A DNA stretch of 64,000 nucleotides, taken from the NCBI GenBank assembly GCA_963807525.1, contig CAWECI010000025.1:95056-159055 (forward strand), in the 5' to 3' direction. Numbering within the stretch: position 1 is the first letter of the stretch; every line of letters begins with the position of its first letter. Below are positions 47,469-56,801 of this stretch, piece after piece. This DNA comes from Candidatus Aminicenantes bacterium. Lineage in GTDB: Bacteria; Acidobacteriota; Aminicenantia; Aminicenantales; Saccharicenantaceae. The position numbers and the translations under genes were made by a program. Below the pieces are notes generated by a model. It worked only from the letters and a program-made list of their open reading frames with translations, ran no database searches and was not told where the DNA came from.

Positions 47469-47922
47469 TCTCCTCTATCGCGCCGTCCCGGTGCCGCGGT
47501 TCCGGGACTGGCTCATCCGGGCCCATATCGAGCGGTGTCCCGGCTGCCAGGCCCGGCTGCTCAGCCGGGATGAGGCCCTGAGCCTGCTCGTCCGGCCGTC
47601 CGACCTCGGCGCCATCGACCGCCTCTGGCCGTCGATCTCCCGGCGCGCCGGTCGGGCCCCGGTCGTCGCCGAACCGACGATGGGACGGGGATCTTATGTC
47701 TGGCGCTGGGCGGCTGTGCCGGCCATGGTCCTGGCCGTGACCCTTTCTGGCTTCTGGCTTCTCCGTCAAGTCGAACGATCGACGTCCGGCGCGGCCCTCG
47801 CGGCCTCGACTCCGCGCTTCGAGCTCGACTATGTCAACGTGGGCGGCGCGCCCGCCCAGACTTTCGTCTATCAGCCCCAGGGGACGGATACCGTCTTTGT
47901 CTGGGCTTCGAAGGCTCCCTGA
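47446..47922 (+). CDS. Putative zinc-binding anti-sigma factor (HxxxCxxC, single TM)
   Basis: HIERCPGC; TM WAAVPAMVLAVTLSGFWLL; overlaps the ECF 3' end; alternative start 47440. Confidence 0.78.
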   Translation: MDFCNTVDLLYRAVPVPRFRDWLIRAHIERCPGCQARLLSRDEALSLLVRPSDLGAIDRLWPSISRRAGRAPVVAEPTMGRGSYVWRWAAVPAMVLAVTLSGFWLLRQVERSTSGAALAASTPRFELDYVNVGGAPAQTFVYQPQGTDTVFVWASKAP

Positions 47923-47936
47923 AAAGGAGGAGTGAC

Positions 47937-49631
47937 ATGAAAACGATGAAAGACCTCATGATCTTGGGGATCGTCGTTCTGGGCCTTTCGGCTCTGGGCT
48001 CGACCGTGGCCCGAGCCGAAAATAGCCCGGGACAGGCCTTGAAGGGATCCGCGACGATGTTCGAGCTCAAGATGAGGATCCTCGAAGGCAGCCGGGAAGC
48101 GCCGGGCCAGCCGTCCAAGCCGGTCACGGCCTCATTCCTGAAATTCCAGAACTTCATAAACTTCGATACCCCCGAGGACGTCCAGGTCGAGGCGCAGATC
48201 AAGAAGCTCTACAACCTTAAGGGGCTAGGCCTGATGACCGAAGCGCCGCTCGTTTGGGAGAAGGGCAAGTCCGAGAAGGCCCTCCATATGTTCCGCCTGA
48301 ACGGCCAGGAATACCTGGTCCTGGTGACCCCGGGACGGCTGATCGATAAGAACCAGTTCCGGATCGAGGTGTACGAGCAGGCCGGAGAACAAAAGACGAA
48401 TCTTCTGGACACGGAGTTCTCCCTGCCGGACAAGAGCGCGGCTGTGTTCGGCTTCGAGAACACACAGGACAAGCCCTATTTCATCACGTTGAGGATCTCC
48501 GCCTGGGGAGGGGTCCTTGGCGGAGTGGTCGGTGGCGTTGTCGGTGAGCCTACAGGCGGCGTCGTCCCCGGGGTCCTGAAATCCGGAGCCAAGGTCATGC
48601 CGCCTAAGCTCGTCAAGCAGGTCGATCCTATCTATCCGGAGATCGCTCGGCAATCCAAGGTGGAGGGCATCGTCATCCTCGAGGCCACGACCGATACTTA
48701 TGGACGGGTCGCGAACGTCAGGATCCTGCGCTCGATCCCGCTTCTCGACCAAGCGGCCATCGACGCGCTCCGCCAGTGGGTCTATGAGCCGATGGTCGTC
48801 GAGGGCAAGCCCGAGCCTGTGACCTTTACCGTGACCGTGCGGTTCGCCCTGGATGAGAAGAAGCCCGAGGTCGGCGGGGTGGTCGGGGGGGTCCTCGGCG
48901 GCGTCCAAGGTGGGGTCTCCGGCGGGGTCAAGGGCGGTGTCCAGGGTGGGGTTGAAGGCGGAGTCTCCTCGGTCACTTTCGGCGCCCTTGATATCCAAGC
49001 CTATAAGGAATTCGAAGGCGACGCTGTCCGGGCCGTCGGCGATATCAAGCCGCCCAGGCTCATCAAAGAGGTCGCCCCCGTTTATCCCCTCAAGGCCCGC
49101 CAGGGACAAGTTGAAGGGATCGTCATCCTCGAAGCCAAGGCCGACGAGCAGGGCACCGTCGTCGATGCCCGGATCCTGCGCTCCATCCCGCTCCTCGACC
49201 AGGCCGCGATCGACGCCGTCAAGCAGTGGAAATACGAACCCCTGATCATCAATGGCAAGGCCCGCCAGGTTATCTTCACGGTGACGGTCCGGTTCATGCT
49301 CAAGGAAGGGGACCAGGCCAAGACCATCGAGAAGTTTGCGGCCGGCGCGGTCAAAGCCGCAGGCGAGATCCAACCCCCTAAGCTCATCAAGGAGGTCGCG
49401 CCGGTCTATCCCGAGGTGGCCCGTGTCGCCGGTGTCCAGGGCGTGGTCATCCTGAGCGTCAAGGCCGATGAGACCGGCAAGATCGTGGACGCCATGATCT
49501 TGCGTTCCATCCCGCTGCTCGACCAGGCGGCCATCGACGCGGTCAAGCAGTGGGTCTACGAGCCGACGATCATCGACGGCAAGGCCGTGCCTATCGTCTT
49601 CACCGTGACCGTCCGCTTCCAGCTCAAGTAG
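47937..49631 (+). CDS. Exported protein with three tandem TonB_C domains
   Basis: SD AAGGAGGAG; signal peptide ending VARA; about 190-aa N-domain; three PPxLxKxVxPxYP..RSIPLLDQAAIDA units; GGV repeats. Confidence 0.88.
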   Translation: MKTMKDLMILGIVVLGLSALGSTVARAENSPGQALKGSATMFELKMRILEGSREAPGQPSKPVTASFLKFQNFINFDTPEDVQVEAQIKKLYNLKGLGLMTEAPLVWEKGKSEKALHMFRLNGQEYLVLVTPGRLIDKNQFRIEVYEQAGEQKTNLLDTEFSLPDKSAAVFGFENTQDKPYFITLRISAWGGVLGGVVGGVVGEPTGGVVPGVLKSGAKVMPPKLVKQVDPIYPEIARQSKVEGIVILEATTDTYGRVANVRILRSIPLLDQAAIDALRQWVYEPMVVEGKPEPVTFTVTVRFALDEKKPEVGGVVGGVLGGVQGGVSGGVKGGVQGGVEGGVSSVTFGALDIQAYKEFEGDAVRAVGDIKPPRLIKEVAPVYPLKARQGQVEGIVILEAKADEQGTVVDARILRSIPLLDQAAIDAVKQWKYEPLIINGKARQVIFTVTVRFMLKEGDQAKTIEKFAAGAVKAAGEIQPPKLIKEVAPVYPEVARVAGVQGVVILSVKADETGKIVDAMILRSIPLLDQAAIDAVKQWVYEPTIIDGKAVPIVFTVTVRFQLK

Positions 49632-50013
49632 GGGAGGGCCCGCCGACTTTCTTCAGGCTCAGGATCCAATCCTCGAGGACCTTGATTGAGGCCGGGCCCA
49701 GAGCCTTGGTCGGAGGCATCCTGTCGCCTTTGATGCCCTTCTCGCCGCGGACCTTCTTCAGGACGTAGCTCGACTCGGGCGCGGCCGTGTCGATGATCTT
49801 CAGCGAGGGAACCTCCCGGCTCGGGGCGTCGATCGCCGCCTCGATCTTCTTCGCTTCCCAGCTCAGGCCGCGCGGGGGGAACTTGCCGTGGTGACAGTCC
49901 AGGCAATTCTTGGCGAAAACGGATGCGACCTCGCCTGGCACCTTGATCTGGGCCCACGCTCCCATGGCAGCGATGGCGAGAAGGGCGAGACCCGCGGGCA
50001 AGATCTTCTTCAT
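49624..50013 (-). CDS. Monoheme c-type cytochrome (planctomycete cytochrome c-like)
   Basis: Signal peptide; single CLDCH; RMPP distal Met; IKVLEDWI. Confidence 0.82.
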   Translation of the reverse strand: MKKILPAGLALLAIAAMGAWAQIKVPGEVASVFAKNCLDCHHGKFPPRGLSWEAKKIEAAIDAPSREVPSLKIIDTAAPESSYVLKKVRGEKGIKGDRMPPTKALGPASIKVLEDWILSLKKVGGPSPT

Positions 50014-50064
50014 GGGCGGCTCCTTGGCCGGTGCGGGACGCCTGCCCGTCCAGAACTCTCCGGC

Positions 50065-50859
50065 TCATCCCTTCGGGGTATATTTATACTCGGATCCGAG
50101 CAGGCTGTGGGGGATCAGAAAGACGATGAGCGTGACGAGCGAGGCCGCGATGACCAGCGGCCGGACCGGCTTGCCCTTGCGGCCGGCGATCCAGGCCGCG
50201 ACCCAGAACAGGAACGCGATGAGCGTCTTGTTGTCGGTCAGGTCCATGCCCGCCGGGAAGCCGGCCCAGGCGACGCCGAAGGCGAACTTCTGGACCAGGG
50301 GCCCGAGCACGAAGCCGCCGAGGAAAAGAAAAGCGAGCGTCCAGAGCGTCAGCCGGCGCGGGTCCCTCTTCTTGTCGATCGCGGCCAGGCCCGCCGCTGT
50401 CGCCAGGAGCATGCCGGCGAACATGACCAGGGCATGGGGGATCAGGAGGCCCAGCGGGACCGGGTCCTTGAAGCGAACGACCGCCGGGGCCTCGCCGGTC
50501 ACCGTCTTCGATTCGCCCGCGTTCGTCAGGACGATCCGATAGGCGATCTTGCCGGCGGCCGGCTGCTGAGGGAGGCTCCCGACGAGCCGGTCGTCTTGCC
50601 GGATGAGCGCCGAGCCCGCCCACGCGTCCGTCGTCCCGACCCGCTGCCACTCGACCCGGCCTTCGATCGGCGCCGGCGCCAGCAGGGCCAGCTTGGCGTC
50701 CGCTCCGGTGTCGGCGCTGCGCGGCAGTCGGTACTTGATGTCCACGCCGCCGACCGCGGCCTGGCCCCTGATCGGGTAGGTCGGCCCCGTGACGCGCTGA
50801 TAGACCGCCGAGGCCAGGGTGACGACGACGGCCAGGGTCCAGAACAGGCCTTTTCGCAT
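50065..50859 (-). CDS. Hypothetical membrane protein
   Basis: YQRVTGPTYP N-terminus; four C-terminal TMs; IPHSLLGSE. Confidence 0.8.
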   Translation of the reverse strand: MRKGLFWTLAVVVTLASAVYQRVTGPTYPIRGQAAVGGVDIKYRLPRSADTGADAKLALLAPAPIEGRVEWQRVGTTDAWAGSALIRQDDRLVGSLPQQPAAGKIAYRIVLTNAGESKTVTGEAPAVVRFKDPVPLGLLIPHALVMFAGMLLATAAGLAAIDKKRDPRRLTLWTLAFLFLGGFVLGPLVQKFAFGVAWAGFPAGMDLTDNKTLIAFLFWVAAWIAGRKGKPVRPLVIAASLVTLIVFLIPHSLLGSEYKYTPKG

Positions 50860-50864
50860 GTCGC

Positions 50865-51557
50865 CTACCCTTTGACTTCGATCGAGCCGAGCACGGCCGA
50901 TCCGTGGATAGTCAGCGTCGCCGACGTCGCCCCTTCGGCCGCCGGCTTGTGGTTCTCGATCGAGCCGAGCACCGGGGTGCCCTGGAGGGCGACCTGCCAG
51001 TCGCGGGGCACGAAGACCGTGATGCTGCCGAAGACGACGGACAGGACGAGCGTGGCCTGTCCGCCGGCAAGCCGGGCGTTCCGCAGATCGATGTCGGCCG
51101 AGCCGAAGACGATGTCGGCCTTGCCGCCGCGGAAGTTCTGGGATTCGATCCTGTGGACCTGGCCCGAGAAGACCTGGTTGACGGAAAGATCGTCCCCGGC
51201 GGTCATCTCAGGTAGTTTTTTTTTGTCCGGATGCCAGGCCGGCCGCAACAGGACCCACAACCCGACGGCGATGATGGCCAGCGGCCAGACGTAGTGCCAG
51301 ACCGCCCGGTCGAAGATCCTCAGCCTAAGAAGCAGGAAGAACGTGCCGAACAGGATGAAGAAGACGGCCGAGCCCACGTTCCGGAAGTTGTTGCTGAACA
51401 GGATGGAGACGCCGATGAGGATGAAGAGAACCGGCCAATAGCGGCCGACGAGGTCGCCGAAATCCACGCGGCCCATCTGGTCCAGCAGGAAGAGGACGCC
51501 CAGAAGGATCAGCAGGAGGCCCCAAAAGATGCGGCCCTGGTTCTTGTGCTCTCTCAT
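50865..51557 (-). CDS. LiaF/LiaI-like cell-envelope stress membrane protein (DUF5668 + DUF2154-like)
   Basis: RIFWGLLLILLGVLFLL, YWPVLFILIG; FRGGKADIVFGSADIDLR, VFGSITVFVPRDW. Confidence 0.82.
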   Translation of the reverse strand: MREHKNQGRIFWGLLLILLGVLFLLDQMGRVDFGDLVGRYWPVLFILIGVSILFSNNFRNVGSAVFFILFGTFFLLLRLRIFDRAVWHYVWPLAIIAVGLWVLLRPAWHPDKKKLPEMTAGDDLSVNQVFSGQVHRIESQNFRGGKADIVFGSADIDLRNARLAGGQATLVLSVVFGSITVFVPRDWQVALQGTPVLGSIENHKPAAEGATSATLTIHGSAVLGSIEVKG

Positions 51558-51616
51558 TGTTCCCTCCGCCAGGCACTAGGATATCAGAACGGTCCGGGTC
51601 TGTAAAAAGGCCCGGA

Positions 51617-52429
51617 TCAGAGACGGCGGATGCCCATGCCGCCGCTGACCTCGATCGCCGCCCCGGTCGAATAGCCGAAGTCGCCGCGCGCCAGGGCCGC
51701 CACCGCCCGGCCCACGTCTTCGGGCTTGCCCCAGCGCCCCTGCGGGATGAGACCCGCGGCGATGAGCTTGTCGTACTTGGCCTTGACCGCCGCGGTCATG
51801 CCCGTGGCGATGATGCCGGGGCGCACCTCGAAGACATCGATCCCCCGGCCGGCCAGGGCGTCGGCGAACAGGGTCGCGGTCATGCTCAGGGCCGCTTTCG
51901 AGACGCAGTACTCGGGCCGCGAGACGGACGACCAGGCGGCCGAGATCGACGTGATAAAGATGATGGCTGGGCGCCGGCCGTCCTTGACCGGTTTCTGGGC
52001 GGCCATTCTCCGGGCCGCGTTCTGGGTCAGGAAGAACGGCCCCCGGGCGTTGACGGCCATGAGCCGGTCGTAGCTCTCCGGGCCCGTCTCCAGGATGTCC
52101 GTCCGCCGGAGCGGCGCGACGCCGGCATTGTTGACCAGGACGTCGATCCGGCCGCAGACGCCGTAGGCGGCGGCGAGCATGCGGTCGTGATCGTCGATGC
52201 GGGAGATGTCGCCGGCGACGGGAAGGAAGCGGCCGCCGAGCTCCTCGACCCGGGCCTTGACCTCGAAGAGTCCCTTGGTCCCATTTCCGGGATCGAATTC
52301 GATGTCGATGCCGACGATGTCGAAGCCTTCCCGGGCCAAGGCCATAACGATGCCCCGGCCGATGCCGCGGCCGGCTCCGGTGACCACCGCGGCCGGCGCG
52401 GCCGGTTGTTTCTTCGGGCTCACGCTCAT
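51617..52429 (-). CDS. SDR family oxidoreductase (3-ketoacyl-ACP-reductase-like)
   Basis: TGAGRGIG, NNAG, S..YCVSK, RPGIIATGMT, GRWGKPEDVG. Confidence 0.92.
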   Translation of the reverse strand: MSVSPKKQPAAPAAVVTGAGRGIGRGIVMALAREGFDIVGIDIEFDPGNGTKGLFEVKARVEELGGRFLPVAGDISRIDDHDRMLAAAYGVCGRIDVLVNNAGVAPLRRTDILETGPESYDRLMAVNARGPFFLTQNAARRMAAQKPVKDGRRPAIIFITSISAAWSSVSRPEYCVSKAALSMTATLFADALAGRGIDVFEVRPGIIATGMTAAVKAKYDKLIAAGLIPQGRWGKPEDVGRAVAALARGDFGYSTGAAIEVSGGMGIRRL

Positions 52430-54441
52430 TCCTCCTCGACGATGGTCCGGTCATTCCGATAATCGGCCCAAACGGATTCGAACCAGCCTTCCGGGTGGGG
52501 GATCGGCCGCACCGGGACCCATCTCTTCTCGGGCAGTCCCTGGCCGTCCACGCGGATCTCGAGAATGTGCGAGGAGACGAAGTCCGCCGGCGCGGCCAGC
52601 GAAAAGGCCCACGGCGTCCCGAGCATGGAGTGGGGGATCGTCCCGGCCGTGTCGGGAACGAGATAGGACCCCCGGCTCTTCCCGCCGCGCCCGAGGTACT
52701 CGTCGATGGCTTCGAGATAGACGGCCTGGGTCAGGGCCAGGCCCAGAGCCTGGAAGCCTCGGGGCAGGTCGCGGGCCGAGGCGACGCCGATGTCCCGTCG
52801 GGCCCTGAGCCACAGCCCGCGGGCCCGCGTCTTTTCGAGGCGCACCTGGCCCGGGTTCCGGACGACCGCGCCGCAGGCCGACATGCGCCGCCGCACTTCC
52901 GCCAGGCAGGCCTCCGGGGTCAGGGCGTTCGACCGGAGATCGAGCATGGCCTCGGCCTGACGCCACTTCCCGAGGACGAGCGGGGCCGCGGCCCGGGCGA
53001 AGTCGGGTTCCGGCAGGGGCCCCCCGGCGCGCTGGCGCGAGATGAACAGCGCGGCCCGGGCGGCGCCGACCTGCCCGGCGTTGAGCGCCGAGCCGCCCGG
53101 CCTGGTCACGCCGTGGGTGCCGCAGAGCTCGCCGACCGGGAAGAGTCCGCGGAGGCTGGACTCCCACCAGATCGAGCCCCGGAAACCGCCGTTGTTGTGC
53201 TGGGCGCAGACGGCGATCTCCAGCGGCTCGCGGCGAAGGTCGATGCCGTGGGCCCGGTAGAGCTCGACGGCCGGAGGGTTCATCCGGATCAGGCGCGCGA
53301 TCGGCGTCGGCCGCAGCGCGTCCGACTTCTCGAGATAGGCCGCGGCCTCGGGGCCGAGCTGTTTCGGCTCGAACGGCCGGAGGCGGCCGTCGCCGCGGGC
53401 GTCGCTCCGGAAATCGAGGAAGACCCGGCGGCCTTTGACCACGGTCTCGTTATAGACGATGAGGTCGATGAGCGACGATCCGCCGTCGACGGCCCGCCGC
53501 GGGTCGAACGGCCACTGGTAGCCTTTGAGGAAGACGGCCGTGGCCAAGGCGCCCATGTCCGAGAAGTAATCGTTGAGGAACTCCCGCGGGTCCTTGCCCG
53601 CGGCGTCGGTCGAGATATAGCGGGGCACCGCCTGCTGGTAGCTTCCGGAGACGTTCCAGCGGAACTTGGTCGAAGCCAGGCCGAACTGGGATTCGGTCAG
53701 GTTCTGGGCCACGGCGCCCGCCTCGAAGAGCAGCCCGTGCGACCCGGCCTGGCTCTCCGGATAGACCGAATGCTCATACAGGCCCCCCGGGCCGCCCGTG
53801 GCCGCGACGACATTCGCCGCGTTGAAAAGGACGAAACCGCGGTCCGGCCGTCCGAGCTTCCGGGTATCGAGGGCCAGGGCGCCGATCGCCTTCTTGGCCA
53901 CCCCCCGGCCGGATGTGAGCAGGGCGATCACCGCGTGTCCGTCGAAGGTCCGGATCCTCCGCCGCTTGACCTCCCGGGCCAGGGCTTCGAACATGAGCTT
54001 GGAGGTCAGCGGCCCGGCCGAGGTGGCCCGCTGGCGCGGATCGTGGTCGGTCTTGTAGCCGACATAGGCGCCGAAGCGATCGTGAGGGAACGGCACACCC
54101 AGGCCGACGAGGTGGAAAAAGGCCTCGAGCGAACCCTGGGCTTCGACGAGAGCGATATCGCCGTGCATGGAGCCGCCGGCGGCCAGGTCGCAAGCCATGT
54201 CGGCGGCGGAATCGGGCACGTCGCCGGCCAGCGAGAGCTTGTAGTAGGTCTGCTTGTCGGAGCCGGATTCGGCCGAAGCTCCCGTTCCGAGCCGCTCGGT
54301 GACGATGGCGATGTCGGTCTGCCCGAGCTCGTGCAGACGGACGGCCGCGTTGAGCCCGGCCGCCCCGCTGCCGATGATGAGCGTGTTCAGGGAGTGGACC
54401 GGGAAGGCCCGCCCGCCGATCCGGACCTGGCCCGATCTCAT
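52426..54441 (-). CDS. FAD-binding protein, SdhA/FrdA/NadB flavoprotein superfamily
   Basis: IIGSGAAG, SGSDKQTYYK, GYKTDHDP..RATSAGP, ATGGPG, CAQHNNGG, GELCGTHGVTRPGGSALNAGQVG; ATG 54441 overlaps the upstream stop. Confidence 0.88.
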   Translation of the reverse strand: MRSGQVRIGGRAFPVHSLNTLIIGSGAAGLNAAVRLHELGQTDIAIVTERLGTGASAESGSDKQTYYKLSLAGDVPDSAADMACDLAAGGSMHGDIALVEAQGSLEAFFHLVGLGVPFPHDRFGAYVGYKTDHDPRQRATSAGPLTSKLMFEALAREVKRRRIRTFDGHAVIALLTSGRGVAKKAIGALALDTRKLGRPDRGFVLFNAANVVAATGGPGGLYEHSVYPESQAGSHGLLFEAGAVAQNLTESQFGLASTKFRWNVSGSYQQAVPRYISTDAAGKDPREFLNDYFSDMGALATAVFLKGYQWPFDPRRAVDGGSSLIDLIVYNETVVKGRRVFLDFRSDARGDGRLRPFEPKQLGPEAAAYLEKSDALRPTPIARLIRMNPPAVELYRAHGIDLRREPLEIAVCAQHNNGGFRGSIWWESSLRGLFPVGELCGTHGVTRPGGSALNAGQVGAARAALFISRQRAGGPLPEPDFARAAAPLVLGKWRQAEAMLDLRSNALTPEACLAEVRRRMSACGAVVRNPGQVRLEKTRARGLWLRARRDIGVASARDLPRGFQALGLALTQAVYLEAIDEYLGRGGKSRGSYLVPDTAGTIPHSMLGTPWAFSLAAPADFVSSHILEIRVDGQGLPEKRWVPVRPIPHPEGWFESVWADYRNDRTIVEEE

Positions 54442-55463
54442 CGGATCGTTCGTCCTTTCAGCGCCGGGGAGGCCAGGAGCGCCGTCGCGGCCAGGAACAC
54501 GAGGCCGAAGACGGTCCAGGCGTCGGTCGCGAAGAAGAGCACGCCGCAGGTGATGATCCACAGGAACCCGAAATAGATCCACCAGCTTCTCTTGAAAAAG
54601 AGGACGCCGACGAGGATGAGGGTCAGGGCCAGGAAACCGGCCAACGCCGCGCGCAGGTCGGCCGTTTCCTTGATGATCAGGCCGGCGTAGATCGCGGGGA
54701 CGAACAGCCACAGCCCCCGGCGCTTCCTCAGGGTGATCAAGAGGGCCGCCCCCAACGCCGCGGCAGCGAATCCGAAGGTGGCCACGGCCTCGAGCCAGCC
54801 GGGGGGACCGGGCCGCCGTCCTTCCGCCAGCCTCTCGATCCTGACCATCATCGTCCTCTCCATGACGAAATGGGCCGGTTCGAGGAGCCAGAAACTGAAC
54901 AGGCGCCCTATGATCCCGGGCGGCGGACCGCCCCGGCTTCGGGCGTAGAACCGCGTCCCCCCGTCGGCCGTCGGCTCGAGGGCGAACGTGCCCCAGTTCC
55001 TGAGCGTCAGGGACTCGCCGGGCGCCACGAAGGCGACCTTCCAGCCCGGCAAGAACGTTTTTTTTGGCAGGCCGAACAGATAATCCGGCTTGACGCCGCG
55101 GACGAGGTCCTTGGCCTGCCGCGTCTGCCACTCCGGCCGGATCGCATAAGTATTGTGGATGTCCGCGAGGGTCAGGTTCTCGAGCCAGGTGTGGCTGTAG
55201 AAACCGGCCCGGTCCTGGCCGATCTGGATAAGCCATTCCCAAACCTTCGTCGGCGGCGCTTTGACGGTGATGGCCCGGGTGCCGGTGACGACGCCGCCGA
55301 TCCAGGCGTCGTCACCGAGCACGGCCCGCGTCCGCTCCTGCGGCGTCGTTCCCCAATTGGCGAAAAAGGGACGGGCCAGGAGGGAATAGGCCGCGATGGC
55401 GGCCAGGATAATAACGAAGGACGTGCCCGTGATCACGAGCCAGGTCCTCTCGGCCTTGTTCAT
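54438..55463 (-). CDS. Membrane protein with SRPBCC-like domain
   Basis: WGTTPQER, TRAITVKAPPTKVWEWLIQIGQDRAGFYSHTWLEN, HFVMER; C-terminal TMs. Confidence 0.75.
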   Translation of the reverse strand: MNKAERTWLVITGTSFVIILAAIAAYSLLARPFFANWGTTPQERTRAVLGDDAWIGGVVTGTRAITVKAPPTKVWEWLIQIGQDRAGFYSHTWLENLTLADIHNTYAIRPEWQTRQAKDLVRGVKPDYLFGLPKKTFLPGWKVAFVAPGESLTLRNWGTFALEPTADGGTRFYARSRGGPPPGIIGRLFSFWLLEPAHFVMERTMMVRIERLAEGRRPGPPGWLEAVATFGFAAAALGAALLITLRKRRGLWLFVPAIYAGLIIKETADLRAALAGFLALTLILVGVLFFKRSWWIYFGFLWIITCGVLFFATDAWTVFGLVFLAATALLASPALKGRTIR

Positions 55464-56800
55464 CCGTTGTGTCCTTTCGCCGCGGCCTTGCCGTATTCCG
55501 GGTCCCGCACGGCGCAGCCGACGTGTCTCTGGCGGCGCAGGAGGTGCGAACAGAGGGAGCACGTCGTGCAGACCTTCTTTGGCGAGAGACGGCCGTGGCG
55601 GATGAGATCGGCCGCGAAGTCCGGATAGGCGAGGGCGCCCCGGCCGAGCCCGAACGCGGCGCTGCGTCCGGCCGAGACCATGGCCGCGGCGACCCCGGGG
55701 CCGAGGGTGCGGAGCCAGGAATACCCGGCCCCCACGACCGGGGTCCAGGGCGACGACCGCTGGATCTCGGTGGCGATCCGGAGATGGCGGGCCACGCCTT
55801 CGAGCGGGTGCTCGTCCGGAAGCGGGCCGCCGGGGACGGGTTCGTCGAACGGCCGCCCGTAGTGGGACCTCCAGGCCGGGATGCCGAGGGACAAGGCCAG
55901 GAACCAGACGCCCGCCCGGGCCAGCAAGGCCACGAGGGCCTTGGTTTCCGTGAGGTCGATCCGGTCCGGGTCATCGGCGTCCATGCCGAACCCGTACGGG
56001 AAGGGGAGACAGTCCGTCGCGGAGATCCGGCTGGTGACCAGGATCCCGGGCGCTTCCTCGCGGATGTGCCGGACGATCTCCAGCAGCAGCCGGGCCCTGT
56101 TCTCGAAGGGACCGCCGTAGCGGCTGCCCTCGCGGCTGCGCGCGGCCAGCGTCTCCGAAACGAGATAGCCGTGACAGGCCTTGATATCGACGCCGTCGAA
56201 CCCCGCCGCCGCGGCCAGGCCGGCGGCCTCGACGAAATCGTCCCGGATGGCCGCCAGCTCGCCGTCGGAAACGACCAGAGCGTCGGGCGGCAGCTCGTGG
56301 AGGGGATCGAGGTGGGGGTTGTGCTGGACGATGATCGGCCGGGGTAATCCCTCGGGCTTGGCGAACCGGCCCGAATGCGTCAGCTGGAGAAGGAGGAGGG
56401 GGTTGTGACCGGCGCCCCATTCTCTGCGGGCCGCGTCCCGGGTCTCCTCGACGAGCCGGGCGAACCCCCCCTGCGTTCCTTCGGTCACCATCAGCTGGTT
56501 CGGGTTCGAGCGGCCGCCCGGCCGGACGGCGGCGGCCTCGCACCAGATCAGGCCGGCCCCTCCGGCCGCCGCCCGCCGGTAGCGGCGCCGCGTCAGATCG
56601 GAGGGTGCACCCGAGGCCTCGGCGTCCGCCCCCTCCATGGGCAGGACGGCCAGCCTGTTGGGGACCTCGCGCCCGCCGAAGAGGGCCCGGTCGAGGAGGA
56701 TCGAGATCTCGTCCTGGTAAGGGATGTCGAGTCCGAGACGCTCGGCCTCGACGCGGAGATCGCCCGCTCCCCGCAGCCGGAATCTCTCGTGCGTCGCCAC
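55460..56800 (-). CDS. NADH:flavin oxidoreductase / Old Yellow Enzyme family
   Basis: NRLAVLPMEG, LIWCEA, QLTHSGR, GFDGVDIKACHGYL, YGGPFENR, FGLGR, C-terminal CTTCSLC..C. Confidence 0.92.
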   Translation of the reverse strand: MATHERFRLRGAGDLRVEAERLGLDIPYQDEISILLDRALFGGREVPNRLAVLPMEGADAEASGAPSDLTRRRYRRAAAGGAGLIWCEAAAVRPGGRSNPNQLMVTEGTQGGFARLVEETRDAARREWGAGHNPLLLLQLTHSGRFAKPEGLPRPIIVQHNPHLDPLHELPPDALVVSDGELAAIRDDFVEAAGLAAAAGFDGVDIKACHGYLVSETLAARSREGSRYGGPFENRARLLLEIVRHIREEAPGILVTSRISATDCLPFPYGFGMDADDPDRIDLTETKALVALLARAGVWFLALSLGIPAWRSHYGRPFDEPVPGGPLPDEHPLEGVARHLRIATEIQRSSPWTPVVGAGYSWLRTLGPGVAAAMVSAGRSAAFGLGRGALAYPDFAADLIRHGRLSPKKVCTTCSLCSHLLRRQRHVGCAVRDPEYGKAAAKGHNG

Positions 56801-56801
56801 T

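Noticed and set aside
47937-49631. Diversity-generating retroelement template/variable repeats among TonB domains
   Set aside because: No reverse transcriptase in the window; differences are not adenine-specific and the repeats are all coding.
54442-55242. N-terminal 267 aa of the 938-aa ORF
   Set aside because: Overlaps the real membrane-protein gene in another frame; the Rossmann motif starts right after ATG 54441.
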